Source: Octopus vulgaris
Taxonomy: Eukaryota
Assembly (NCBI GenBank): GCA_951406725.2
Contig: OX597828.1
Span: 55,986,001 to 56,050,000, forward strand
DNA: 64,000 nucleotides
Reading direction: 5' to 3'
The position numbers and the translations under genes were made by a program. Below the pieces are notes generated by a model. It did no database searches. It was given only the letters and a program-made list of their open reading frames with translations, and had not been told where the DNA came from. This document shows positions 12,776 to 25,670 of this stretch, one piece after another (within the stretch, counting starts at the first letter, position 1; every line of letters begins with the position of its first letter).

Positions 12776-14694
12776 ATGAAACTAAACATTCCCTATTGAA
12801 TGTATTATATTGTGCAAGCGATGTAGCCTTCAAGTGTTCTTTGTTAACTAGAAATAGCACGGGCAATGAACTGAATCAAACCAACTGATTTAAAATTTCA
12901 ATATGAGAATAGACAAAGAGAAAAAGATGCGGCGCACGAAGGGAGTACTTTGATGAAAAGTTTAGTCAATTTTATCTTGAAAAGATCTTGACGTAGTCAA
13001 GACAACATAACAAATATTATAACGTTACACTTGCTTTTTAGGTATGCATTTAACAATGTTAATGTCAGGAGATAATATTTAGGATAATCTCAAATAATAG
13101 CTATCCTAACTAGAAAACGTCTCATGTAGCAACCATGTGGTCGTTGTTAAATTTAGTTACATATTAGTCCTAATGGAACAACTTTTAAGATCAAAGACAT
13201 TCCAGTCGTGATGCTCCCATATTTTTGATCAGACACATTCTACCTCGGAAGACACTACCCACAGTTATCTTTTCCTTTTTGAAGAAGTAGAGTGATTAAG
13301 AGAGATTTCAATGCTTTTACTAGTAAATTACACGACTACTTAGAGTCTCGCTTGGGCACTTGTAGTTATTACAAGCATTCGGATTACATGGCTCTGTTCT
13401 CCAATATTTGCTTTGTAAAGATTATCACTGATAAATCAATACAGCTCGTCTCTAGTGATTTAATCAGATTATCATTGTAATCTGTGAAGCCAGTAACGAG
13501 CCAGATGCAGTAGTGCACAGGAGAAAACGCTTGATAGTATTTCTGTTTCAAACATCAGCATTATAAGTTCAAAATCCTTTCAATATTGACTTTGCCTTTC
13601 ATCCACTGTACCTCATCATCAAACCTCCCACACTATTTCTAAAAATAGGAGCCATTCTTGTGAAACAGGCATCGAAGTCTAGAGTTAAAGAAAAATGCTT
13701 AGTCATTTCCCCGAAGTTCTGTATAAATATCAAAATATGATTTCTGATAAAGTTTCGATTACGAAATACACGTTTTCTCCTTTCAAATACCGTCTACAAA
13801 TTCTTTCTGTATATATGCTTATAAATCATCATGAGTTTTGTTGAACTTATACATAATTATGAATTTATTTTACTACCTATTTTGGACACTTTCATGTAAA
13901 CTTTGTAAACACAAAGCCCCTCTTAACATTTTCTTATCATTGCCAATGACTCTATCACTGTACGTCGATACGTCTATGTTAACAATTTTTAACACCACAT
14001 AGACTATACAAAGCCTTGCATTTTAATTTTGAAAATCTATCTTTAAAAGTGAAGCCAGTCAAGTCAGTAAACATCTTTAAAAGAACCTCTGCATTTTCTA
14101 ATACTCTTCCCTATACATACATACATTCATACATACATACATACATACATACATACATACATACATACATACATACATACATACATTCATACATACATAT
14201 ATTTATATATATATATATATATATACATACACTTAATTTATATACCTAGATTTTGTTGTTGCATGTTATTGTAATATCCAATGCATGTCTTCGACCCAAA
14301 CAAATTTGGGTTAATATTATTTGAGATATATAGAAATATATTTCGATAGTTGTAGATTCTATTTACTTAATTATTTTGTTATGACTTGTTCTTTTTTATT
14401 TGTAATGGTTATGTAGTTGAAAAGGTATCGCTAACGCCCATAATACATAGGCATTTGAATTAGTTTTTCGCAATCCCTACAATTTGAATACATTTTTTGA
14501 CAATCCTTTCACAAGGAATTTCGTCTGTCTATAAACCGAAGCTCTATGTTTATATGAATCGTTTATAGTATTAGTATTGTACTATAGATTAATAACTTAC
14601 CGTTTTTACCATAGTAATGTTCCTGTATTATAAATGTCTTTAGCTTGACATATTTTCTTCTTCGTTTTTACTTGTCATCTTTTGTGTTATCCAG

Positions 14695-14829
14695 GAGAGC
14701 ATCTGGATGCCTAAGTGCATCAAAAGAGGATGGTACCTTCCATTTAATACAAATCCTAATGAATATGGAAACTGGAAGCGTCACTACATTACCTGTGTCT
14801 GCACTCTAGAATACATACTTCCAGAAAAG
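14695..14829 (+). CDS. ECT2L: ECT2L exon 4
   Basis: TATCCAG| ESIWMPKCIKRGWYLPFNTNPNEYGNWKRHYITCVCTLEYILPEK |GTAAGA; matches vertebrate LWMPKCVKFGWFLP..NEYGAWKRHY. Confidence 0.95.
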
Positions 14830-15559
14830 GTAAGAAGCTAATTTTATATATTTTCACGTTGTTATTTTTCTTGCGTTTTTTCTTCGTTTATCCTAAATCT
14901 GAATATTATGTCAGTGTAATGAGATCGAAGTAGATAAGGAATTATGATTGATACAATTGAATAATAGTGTTCAATATGATGTTCAAGTATGGTCTCAAAC
15001 CAATGACGGAATCAAATACAAAATGAAAGAATATTGAAACGTTTATAACCTTTCCATGAAGCGTTACAGACAAGCTGCAGCGCGCACAATGATGAAGATA
15101 AATATATTTTAATAAATCTAATGGCCTCTCTATGTGTGCTTCTATGCTACTTTTCCAAACATTCACATTTTGATTACATCAGATCTATACCTTCGCATGT
15201 ATCTTTGGAAAATAAATGAGCTTGAACGATAATGATAACCGTGATAATAACATTTTCCCAAATGCTTCCCCTTTTCCTAAGTACAGGCTATACATATTTT
15301 TAATATAAGTAATTAATTTTCAAGGCTAGTGTAAGCTACTACTCAAAAGTATCTTACTGTATATAAGATGTATTCACGCACAAAAAAAATTATATCACAT
15401 ATACATTTACATCAATCTTTGTTTTTATGTCGTTATATACAAAGAAATAAACATTAGACTGAAGGATAACGCAATACTTTTCAGTAGAGTATTGCATAAA
15501 ACTATTAGAAAAAAGAGAATGAGAGTAACCTCAAGGTTTCGACTTTCTCATCTTGATCA

Positions 15560-15920
15560 CTGCTGTGTGGTAAGCAGCTTGCTTACTAACCACATGGTTC
15601 CGGGTTCAGTCCCACTGCATGGCACCTTGGGCATGTATCTGCTACAATAGCCTCGTGAGTGGATTTGGGAGACGGAAACTGAAAGAAGCCCGTCGTATAT
15701 ATATATATTTGTGTGTGTGTCTGTCTTTGCCCCCACCCATCGATTGACAACCGATATTGGTGTGTTTACGTCACCATAACTTAGCGGTTCGGGAAAATAG
15801 ACCGATAGAATAAGGATTTAGCTTGCAAAGAATAACTCCTGGAGTTGATTTGTTTGACAAAAGACGGTGCTCCAGCATGGCCACAGTCAAATGACTGAAA
15901 CAAATAAAAGAATAAAAGAA
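15560..15920 (+). mobile_element. SINE family B
   Basis: tRNA head, CORE-like ACCTTGGGCA, internal TA/TG repeat and TAAAAGAA tail. Confidence 0.85.
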
Positions 15921-16003
15921 TATATATAGGTAAATAGATAGATAGATACACATATACATATATACATATATACATACGTTCATATATACACAAATATTTT
16001 CAG

Positions 16004-16088
16004 AATAATCAGCTTAATGATAGCACAGATGCCAGGAGACGGAAAAGATCAGCAGCATTTACCAAATACGACTCCTCAGGAACTCAAG
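16004..16088 (+). CDS. ECT2L: ECT2L exon 5 (poorly conserved linker)
   Basis: TTTTCAG| NNQLNDSTDARRRKRSAAFTKYDSSGTQ(G) |GTAATT; phase 0 to 1 is what is needed to join exons 4 and 6. Confidence 0.75.
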
Positions 16089-17421
16089 GTAATTAATTTC
16101 AATTTTCTCGCTTTATTGTTGTCGAATTTACAAACTTTGGAACGTACCTAATCACAATTGTTTGTCTAATGACCTATTCCATTGAGTGAGGTGAACACCT
16201 TTTTATCTGATCAAACTCCCTGTTCAATATAGTAGCCTGTTATTTTTCACTAAGTTTTGTACCATAATTACAATGAAAGATGTATATTTTGGTTCCTAGA
16301 TCTCAGAGGAAATATATTACCCAGTTAAGTTCTCAAAGAAACGATTCATTTGAATGTCTACGTTGATTCTATTGGTTTCTGTGAAAGGCGTTTTTAAACG
16401 TATCACTGAACATCTCAACAGCCAACGCAGTTCTCTCTAAGGGAACAAAGTAATCTTTACTTTGTTCTGGTATGTTGTTGCATGCTGAATAAAGATGGCA
16501 AAAATCCCTTAAACAACACATTAATGTCTTTCGAAGTAGCCAATGTAATTTTTTATCTCAAAATCAGCGGATCATAGGTCTACTTTATTAAGTTATGCTT
16601 AACGAGGGAGACATTTTGAAATCAGTCTTCCTGCTAAAAATTGCAGCCATACTATCCTCATACAACAAAATATTGTTTGAGTAAAAAGGAATGCATGAGA
16701 CAAAGTAGTTCCTGAATGACAAGTAGGTGGAATGTTCACATTTGGATCGTCTTTGACAATGTATCTGCTTTGGCAGAATTCATGTGCCGTTTAAAACAAA
16801 GAAAAAACAAACAAGCAAAAAAATCTTATTTTGAACCTGTGTGGAAGGCTCTTTGTTATTGCTGTATCTGCTAGGTATAGCGATCCAATACTCTTGAAAT
16901 TACTCATTAGAGTCTCAGATGGCGAAAGATATGTTGAACAATATAATCCTAGATATACAAAACCTAGATGTTTACATCTACAACTTTGAATGATTGTTGA
17001 CCTGTGGCTAAAAACCCAAAAACAATAAAACTTTTTTTACCTTGTATTTATGCCAATGATAAATATATCACTTGCTTCTGGTAACTTTCTACTGAAATCT
17101 GATATTTATTGTGAAACAAATAAGCCATACTGACATATTAACCAATTTTTAATTCAATTCCCAATACATCTCTATAGTACGAAGACATACTTCTATCTTG
17201 CAAGACAATGTACTGTACAACGTAAGTACCGGTTTACCTCAAAAAGAAAAGAAAACATTATTATAACATCAATGAGCATTTTGATGACGTCCACTGCTGT
17301 CATATATATCGATTAAATATAAAGACTATCAAAGTCTAGAATCACATTTTGATAGATATATTTAAAGTGAAATTATTCACACGTTTATTGCTTTGTTAGT
17401 TGATTCAATGTTTATTTACAG

Positions 17422-17660
17422 GTTCTTTATACAGTATTCGTCCAGCATGGAAAGGTCCCGATTTCAAGCCAAAAGACTTAGAGAAATCCTTTTATGCTTT
17501 CGTCTACGGAGCTGAACAAAATATTCAGAGTACCACCAACTATAAGACCACTCAGCCTTACGCCACAATTTACAACAAGTGGAGGATAAATACGAAAGAA
17601 AACAGTTATGTCAAAAGCTCTCTCAATATAAGTCATGCAGTTGACCAACTCAGCTCGTTA
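17422..17660 (+). CDS. ECT2L: ECT2L exon 6
   Basis: TTTACAG| (G)SLYSIRPAWKGPDFKPKDLEKSFY...DQLSSL |GTAAGT; IRPAW resembles vertebrate VRPPW; phase 1 to 0. Confidence 0.85.
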
Positions 17661-18631
17661 GTAAGTTACTCATGCTTAAGATTTATGGTTTGTACCTTGA
17701 AGGCATAACTAATATTATAATATTAATTGCATTAATTAATTGTTGACAACTTCAGTCTTGTTACAACGTTTTATACGATGCACAGTACACCAATCCGGTG
17801 TTTTCTGAGTATGTTGAACAGATGAGAACGAATCATCATATTTAATGATAAAAACGGTTTCCAACTGAATGAATTTGTCAAACATCTTTATTTAAGAAAG
17901 GACTATTGGGATGTGAAATCTGTTTCTCATACACATATTCCATGATTATCGAGGAAGGATAAAACAGAAACGTTAATTAAGAAGTTAGAGGAATGTTAAA
18001 ATATTTTAATAACGTTTTTGGGAAAAGTAATATTTGATAATTTGAAAACCACTGCGCTGAAGGCCAAACTTAATGCTAATGTCTAACGTTCTTGATGTTA
18101 AAAGAGAAATATAACAAATGAACATGGTCGGGAACCAAATACTTGCAATTTTGACCTTCGTTGAGAATACCATCAGACCCTACATTACCAATTACACCTT
18201 CCTTTGATTACTTACGTAAATCTTCTGGTGGAATTTTTCCACTATTAGACTCTATATAAAAGTAATTCCTCAATAATCATGGAAACAATTACGTGCATAG
18301 AATATTTTATATGCTGAATTCCTCACCTCTTATAACTAATTCACTGTATCACATATATTATAAGGAGCGTAGATGTCTGTATAGTTAAGAGGTTTGCTTC
18401 GAAATCACGTGGTTTGGAGTTCAGTTCCATTTCCCGGCGTTTTTGGCAAGTTCTTTTCTTTTACTTTAGGTCAATCCCATATAATTGAATTTGATCGGCG
18501 GAGTTTTGTGTGAAACCCGTCGTATATATGTATATATATATTTATATATACTTACACACAAACACACACACACACATACACACACCCATACACACACACA
18601 CAGACACACACACAGATAGACACACGCACTC

Positions 18632-18705
<74 letters not shown>

Positions 18706-18947
18706 GAAAAGGGGTTCAATAAATCCACACTTATATCAATAAAGCACTCAATGCTAGAAGAATTTCGCTAAATATATCAAAGACATAGGAATAAATTCAA
18801 GCAGAATTAACATCCAAAGTAATTCATGTATGATAAGTAAATCTAAATATCACCTCGAAGACTTCCAAAGAATTGGGAGTATAAGACAACAAGAATGGAG
18901 AAAATCGCATCTTTAATTGATTGCACCATTGATAGATAGATAATATT

Positions 18948-19004
<57 letters not shown>

Positions 19005-19278
19005 GTAGGTAGGTAGGTAGGTAGGTAGGTAGGTAGGTAGATAGATACACACACACACACACACACATATACATTCATATATGTCAGTGCTTGTGTTTGC
19101 ATTTGTGGTATCCTAGCCACTTGATCGGTGTTGGTCCCTGCAATTTAGTGGTTCGGTGAAAGATACAACAGAAAAGACACAGGGCTTGGAAAGAGTACTG
19201 AAGTCGTTATATTAAACTGACTCTTCAAAATGTTGCTCCAACATGGTCCCGTCCCAGTCAGAAACATGCAAAATAATT

Positions 19279-19788
19279 GTGACCCCCTTCGGTTGTGAAT
19301 GACCATGAGATTGCACCTAGAAAGTGACCCTCAGAGGGACAAGTCTGGGCAAGGTTGTTTATAGAAAACCAGCAGTCGCCCACGCACACCAGCCCCGTCT
19401 CTCCACGTCACCGATGTCATCCAAGGGAAAGGCAAAGGGGCCGATACAGCTTAGCACCAGTGACGTCCCAGCTCATTTATTAACGTACAAGTGGCTGAGT
19501 ACTCCATAGACGCGTGTACTCTTAACGTAGTTCTCGGGGAGATTCAGCATGAGAAAGAGTGCGATAAGGCTGGCCCTTTGAAGAAACAGGTACAAAAAAA
19601 ATACAGGAAGGAGTGAGAGAAAGTTGTGGTGAAAGAGTACAGCAGGTTTCACTACTACCCCCTGCTGGAGCCTCGTGGAGCTTTAGGTGTTTTCACTCAA
19701 TAAACACTCACAATACACAGTCTGGGAATCGAAACCGCGATCCTACGACCGTGAGTCCACTACCCTAACTACTGGGCTATTGCGCCTC
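19279..19788 (-). mobile_element. SINE family C, long form with RTE-like 3' tail, nested in a family B tail
   Basis: Head GAGGCGCAATAGCCCAGTAGTTAGGG..GGTTTCGATTCCCAGAC matches 36157; 3' end GGTGCAATCTCATGGTCATTCACAACCGAAGGGGG; flanks TGC(A/G)AAATAAT resemble a TSD. Confidence 0.8.
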
Positions 19789-20158
19789 AACTGCGAAATA
19801 ATAAAAAGTGGAAAAAAAGGAGAGAAGTTAAATATATCAGCATAATAAAAAAACAAAATGTTCTGAGACAAAAGCTTATTTTACGTGTAGGGGACTTTCG
19901 ATTGTGTAAGTCAATGCTATACTTGATTCTTTACTAATAATAATATATTGTATTGTGACACGTATGTCTTTCTAAATAGAATGATTCGCATAACAAAACT
20001 GAAATAGTTACAATTGATAATCGATATTAGATCGTTACTCCTTACATGATGGTTGCGAAATTTCTGTTCTTTTGACTGAAAATATATTCTGAATAAAGCT
20101 GTTATGCTTAATTACTAATTTAGCGTGTGTTTTAAATACAGTTTTCTTTTATCTGTAG

Positions 20159-20319
20159 AATACTATACAGCAACCGCAAGAAAAAATAGATTACCGTTCC
20201 CGATTGCTGCTGTCAGAAACACAAGCTATAGAAAACTTCAATGAAACTCGTCTGCGGTACCTTATCGAACAGCCCTGGGAATTCAACTGGGATTTGTCCT
20301 TTTATAATCCAGTACAAAG
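20159..20319 (+). CDS. ECT2L: ECT2L exon 7
   Basis: ATCTGTAG| NTIQQPQEKIDYRSRLLLSETQAIENFNETRLRYLIEQPWEFNWDLSFYNPVQ(R) |GTAAAT; open, phase 0 to 2, bridges exons 6 and 8. Confidence 0.8.
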
Positions 20320-20632
20320 GTAAATGGCTTTACCTTTTTTTTTATTTTGTGTTTGATAATTATTATTGATACTGTTTTTACTATTGGCGTTGACCTTAGT
20401 GAAATTGTAATCAGGATGAGATAAGAAATTGATAACTTTGTGTGTAAGAAAGTCAAACTCCACTATTCGTTGTTTATATTTTATGCCGAAAAGAAGAGAC
20501 TTCAATCCATGAATTTATTTACATCTCTCAGCCAGTGGGAAAACGTCTGCATGGTCATTCGACCCACAAGAAATAACAGCTAAATTTTCCTTCGATCATC
20601 ACATCTTACCTTCTTAATAGAAGGACACTTCA

Positions 20633-20846
20633 AGGCTGCGAGCTAGCAAAATTTTAGCACGCCGTGTAAAATGCTTAACTGAAATTCGTCCTTCTTTACG
20701 TTCTGAGTTCAAATTCAGCCGTGGTCGCCTTTGTCTTTTATCCTTTCGGGATCGATAAAATAAGTACCGTTTGAGAACGTATGTCGACGTAATCAATTTA
20801 GCTCCTTTCCCGAAACTGCTGGCCTTGTGCCAAAGTTTGAAACCAA
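20633..20846 (+). mobile_element. SINE family A variant inserted in an older repeat (about 20550-20960)
   Basis: Head, core and tail present; the flanks resemble a degenerate repeat also seen near 13140-13340, 16630-16800, 24430-24610 and 59690-59880. Confidence 0.7.
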
Positions 20847-21707
20847 TAGAAAAACATTTCAGTTAATGTAGTACTGTAGATACGAAAACATTGAGATATC
20901 CAAAGTTAGAATGCTTTTTATGAGGGCTGTTTTCTTGGAGCTCATCTGGGACTCAGAACCAATATCATCTGCAATAGCTTTAAAAACAACAAACCAACTA
21001 CGACAGGTTTGCTAGCAATAGTTGGTATTCATTGTAGCGGTAACGCTTCCATTCCACACTGAGTAAACAGGTAAGATTCATGAGTTTCTCAAACACTTTT
21101 GTAACATAAATAAGGCAAAAGCGGTGGTAAATAGAAACAGTGTGTTTCTTTACAGAAAGCTTACTTTTGAATTAAAGAGTATCACTATGACCGCAAGCAC
21201 AAAGCTCGTAATATCAACTTCTATCTTATCATTTAGTCTTCGACTATATTGCCTATTAAGGTATTTCTAAAATCTACAGATATATTCTGCAGCACATGAA
21301 AATACAGAAATAAAATAAAACCGGAAAAAAACAGTTATATTATGAAATCGATCTATCCGAATCAATTAAATTCGGTGTGATTGGTTTAAGAGTTGACGGG
21401 AACAGTAAAAGAGGGCTTAATGTCGCTAATGAAATCTAAAGCGAAGACATAAACCAGTTAAAATAATCTTTCTTTTATTATGAACATGAAAACCATCTCT
21501 ATAAAGTCAGGTTGCTTGCATCTATTGCATTTAGTTTAGCTTAAAATCAAACGATGTATCCTGGTGTGCTGTATTAGGACAAAGCAGTATCAATGCATTA
21601 ATAATTTATCAATCGCGAAAACAATGATTTATTTGTCGTGTTTAAACAAGTTTTTTAACCCGAGTTTATTTCGCTAATTATATGCCATCCTGTTATTTCT
21701 CAAATAG

Positions 21708-21780
21708 GAAGTCGAACGGAGTCGTAAACGTTGAATATTCACGCATTGTACTGATATCCTCTAGAATAGCAGGTTACGAG
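21708..21780 (+). CDS. ECT2L: ECT2L exon 8 (start of DUF4347-like region)
   Basis: CAAATAG| (R)KSNGVVNVEYSRIVLISSRIAGYE |GTAAGA; matches vertebrate MLISSRIPAYE. Confidence 0.93.
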
Positions 21781-21958
21781 GTAAGAGTTACTTTAATAAG
21801 ATTAACAATACGTTCTTCTTGAAAAGCTGCAGAGTGTCTGGTTAAATAACTTAGCGCAGATAGACTCACCAGACACTGGTATGATACGGATACATACATG
21901 CTTACCTACGTGCATAAATACATACACAAATTCAAGCATATATTCACACATATATATA

Positions 21959-22524
21959 TTGGGTTGTCCGGAAAGTTCGTGCTGATTTATAGTAGCTTAC
22001 CTTTCGACTTATTTTAGAACATGGTTAAGTCCATAAAATAGCATTTGACTACACCTCTATTTAGAGCACAGTTTAAGCTATCTTTTCGTGGAAGAAGATT
22101 TATGTTCCTATAACCTGTGTAAATTCTGTAACCCTTTAAAATGGAAGATAAGAAAGTTCATTTTCGGAACTTGATGCTTTGGGAACCAGACAAAAATTGC
22201 TGCAGCTCGGCTGGCATGTGTTACCAAACCCTCCATATTCACCAGATATTGCTCCTTTGGATTTCCACTTATTCAGGTCTCTGCAGAATAGTCTTAATGG
22301 TAAACATTTCAATTCCTTGGATGACGTAAAAAGATACCTTGATGAATTCTTTGTCATGAAACCACCTCAATTCTGGGAAGAGGGTATTTTCAAGTTAAAG
22401 GAAAGATGGAGACGCATTGTGCAACAAAATGGTTCATATTTGGTTGATTAAAAATGTAATGGCAAGTATTTATTGACCTTTTCCTTTCCTTTAAAAATTG
22501 ATACGAACTTTCCGGACAACCCAT
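21959..22524 (+). mobile_element. Internally deleted mariner element (566 bp)
   Basis: TIRs TTGGGTTGTCCGGAAAGTTCGT / ACGAACTTTCCGGACAACCCAT with TA on both sides; N-terminal MEDKKVHFRNLMLWE joined to the C-terminal PPYSPDIAPLDFHLFRSLQ...NGSYLVD. Confidence 0.92.
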
Positions 22525-23126
22525 TACATAAATACATAAATATGCGCGCGCAATCCCCCACTCCCCACACTCACATAAGAGAAATTATAGAAGCAACACA
22601 TCTAGGTAAAGAATATAAATTCCAAAGTATACTTTAGATCACAGAACAAATAAATATACAAAGAAATTTATGTAAGTGAATAAAATTACATATAAAGGTT
22701 ATATGTAAAAATCTATGCATCATTTACGTTGGCCGTAAAAGATATCCTTTACCTAAATTTGTATATTTATATTACCTAATAATTTTTACCAAATATATTT
22801 ACCCCTAAATTTTTAAATTCTGAACCTCCATCCAACAATTCATATAAACATCAAATTCTTAATCGATTGGAACTGTTCCTTTGATTTTTGTCTCTTTATT
22901 TCTCACTTCTCCATTTGGTTCCGAAACCCAACGTACATGATGCGTTGTTTTTCATATAACTTTTGCATGTAATTTTATTCATTAATTTATATAAAATTTT
23001 ATGTATACATATTTGCTGAGTGCTTTAAACAATGCTTTTGAATTTATATTGATTACTTACATGTGTCTCTTCTATAATTTCTCTTCTTAATACAGCCCAT
23101 ATATTGTGAAGTATACTGAAAAACAT

Positions 23127-23185
<59 letters not shown>

Positions 23186-23187
23186 TA

Positions 23188-23272
23188 CTTTATTTAAAGC
23201 AGCAGAAAATTCAACAAAACCTGTTACTCAGAGTAACAGGTTTTGTTGAATTTTCTGCTGCTTTAAATAAAG
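23188..23272. repeat. Perfect 42-bp inverted repeat with 1-nt centre
   Basis: CTTTATTTAAAGCAGCAGAAAATTCAACAAAACCTGTTACTC-A-GAGTAACAGGTTTTGTTGAATTTTCTGCTGCTTTAAATAAAG. Confidence 0.97.
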
Positions 23273-23356
23273 CATATTACTCTACCACTGGTATTTGAGT
23301 ACACTTTTGTCCACCTTGTTTCACATTTATGTGTTTACTCCGGCATATATATATAT

Positions 23357-24430
23357 GAAAAAACAAGTCAAGATAGAAAATGCTAAAATAATTTTATAAA
23401 GAAAATTTCAGTACCGGTTTCGGTCGTTTGAGACCTTTTCAACTGTAACTATTAAATAATTAAATTTAGAAAAATTAAAAGAAAAGTTTTTTTAAAAGAA
23501 TATTTGTCTTGTATTCAAATGTAAGTGGCATTTTCCTTGTTTCTGTCTCTCTTGTTTACTCTTGTGGGTTCAAGGTCCATGTGAATTCTTGGTAGGGAAG
23601 AAGAAGAAGAAGAAGAAGAAGAAGAAGAAGAAGAAGCAGAAGGAGGAGGAGGAGGAGGGGGAGGAGGAGTAGAAAGGGAGGAAGAATTTGGGATTGCCTT
23701 GAATGTCGTTGGTCAGTGGTGGCTAGCAGTTCCTGCTGTTCAATACATGAAAATATTTCTATTGAAAGGTTTGTTTATAGAATTTGCGTAGGTGTTATAC
23801 TAAAAAGCATTGGTGATAAAGTTAGGAAGAAGAGGGGGGAGAAGAAGAAGAAGAAGAAGAAGAAGAAGAAGAAGAAGAAGAAGAAGAAGAAGATAATGAT
23901 GAAGAAGAAGGGAGAATATGAATGCGTGGAAGTAGTGGGAAGTTGGATGACTTAAAGTTGGCACGTTGTGGGTTATAGCTGTGATTGGAGCTAATTTTTA
24001 ATGGATTCTTAGGAATGTAATATTTGCGTGTGTATTTGTGTTATTCTAAAGCTGAGATGGAAATATCGTTTGTCGTAGATGCGTAGAAGGGGCCTGTATT
24101 TTGTAATTAAGAGAGTTTCTTAACTTATTTGTTGGCTCTTGGTTGAATCGTCCCTGAATTAGTAGAGGGGGAAAATCCTGAAGCTTGGAGTTTTGTTGTT
24201 GGCGCAAATATCTATGTGTTAGCTGAATGTTATTTTTCTGTTTTGGGGAATTTTTATCTGGGATCTGTACAGGGACATTCTTTTACGTAAACTATTTTTT
24301 GTTTGGCCTATGTATTGCTCTTGACACCCAGAGCAGGTTAGTATGTATATCAGGTTCTCACTAAGCACATGTGAAATTGCTTTTCACTGTGAACCGTTGT
24401 CCCTATTTGAAGGAGAACTCTGTTGTATGT
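23357..24430 (-). mobile_element. Penelope-like retroelement 3' fragment (GIY-YIG endonuclease pseudogene, 3' UTR, hammerhead-bearing terminus)
   Basis: Minus strand about 24430-24070 translates FTVKSNFTC..SENLIYILTCSGCQEQYIGQTKNSLRKRM..HIDICANNK..FRIFP with stops; the element ends in a TA run. Confidence 0.85.
23401..23450 (-). ncRNA. Minimal type I hammerhead ribozyme motif (U3-A8 variant)
   Basis: AGTTACAG-TTGAAAA-GGTC(TCAAAC)GACC-GAA-ACCGGT-A-CTGAAATT: helix I 7 of 8 pairs, 4-bp helix II, palindromic helix III, GUA cleavage triplet. Confidence 0.75.
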
Positions 24431-25232
24431 TGTAGTTGTTTGTATTCAAGTTGGTCCTGAACGAGAGTACCTATGATCAAAAGATTTCCAATTATAATCG
24501 TCCATGATTATTTCTCTCAACTGACTACATTATTCAGTATGTCCTTTGTTTATTAAAATAACGTGTAATGTGAAGAAGACTTGACTATTATTTCTACACG
24601 GTTGAGCCCCCATATACAACGAGTGAAACCAATATTAACCCAGGCGGTGAGCTGGTAGAATCGTTAGCACGCCGGGCTAAATGCTTAGTTCATTGCGTCC
24701 GTTATTTCGTTTTGAGCTCAAATTTCACCGAAGGCTGCTTTGCCTTTCACCTTTTCTGTCTCAATAAAATATGTAACAATGGAGCACTTGGTCGATGTAA
24801 TTGACTTTGTCAGTTCATCGGAATTGTTGGCTCTGTACCAAAATTTGAAACCCATATCTCTAATAACCCCTCGAACACGCAAGTAATCTTTAAATGTCTT
24901 ATTATTTCCCTGGCATACGCAAAAGCGGGCAGCCATATGGTTGAGCGTCTACGGCTCATTAACTGACAGAAGCAATATTATTTTCAGCCGCGAGCAGAAA
25001 ACAATATCTGCCTGCTTTTTGGTACTCAAAGATTATAGTGAAACAAAATTACGCTTTCATACGTGTACTTCAGGGATTAAAGCATTACAGTTCATGATAT
25101 TATTGTGATGGTTATGATAATTGTAATATCATAATAATTATGACATATATAAATGTGTAAGATCACGATTCCTTGTGTGACATAGTAGTTATTATCTTAG
25201 TCATTGCTCTATGACATTATTTTCTGTAACAG

Positions 25233-25348
25233 CTTCTATTCAGTGCCACGCATCCCGACGTTCTTCCATTAATTTACGACTATGAGGGTTCTACAGTTGA
25301 CAGCCTGCGTCTTCAAGTTGAACAATTATTGTCAGGAAGATACGTGAA
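25233..25348 (+). CDS. ECT2L: ECT2L exon 9
   Basis: GTAACAG| LLFSATHPDVLPLIYDYEGSTVDSLRLQVEQLLSGRYV(K) |GTAAGT; aligns with vertebrate [25 protein letters not shown]; phase 0 to 2. Confidence 0.9.
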
Positions 25349-25417
25349 GTAAGTGATGTACAAATATTTCAAATCTGTTTAGAGCAAACATTATTTACTT
25401 AAGTATCATGTAAATAA

Positions 25418-25420
<3 letters not shown>

Positions 25421-25494
<74 letters not shown>

Positions 25495-25591
25495 TTATTT
25501 ATCTGTCTGTCTGTCTGTCCGTATGTCTGTCTGTCCACCTTTCTCTCTCTATCTGTCTGTCTGTCAATCTGTATGTCTGTTTGTCTGTCTG

Positions 25592-25640
<49 letters not shown>

Positions 25641-25670
25641 TTGTCTGTCTGTATGTCTGTCTGTCTGTCC
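25421..25670. repeat. Compound (TCTA)n/(TCTG)n microsatellite
   Basis: Directly visible. Confidence 0.95.

Noticed and set aside
21038-21070. AG...CAG|GTAAGA candidate exon between ECT2L exons 7 and 8
   Set aside because: Stops in all three frames, and exons 7 and 8 already join in phase.
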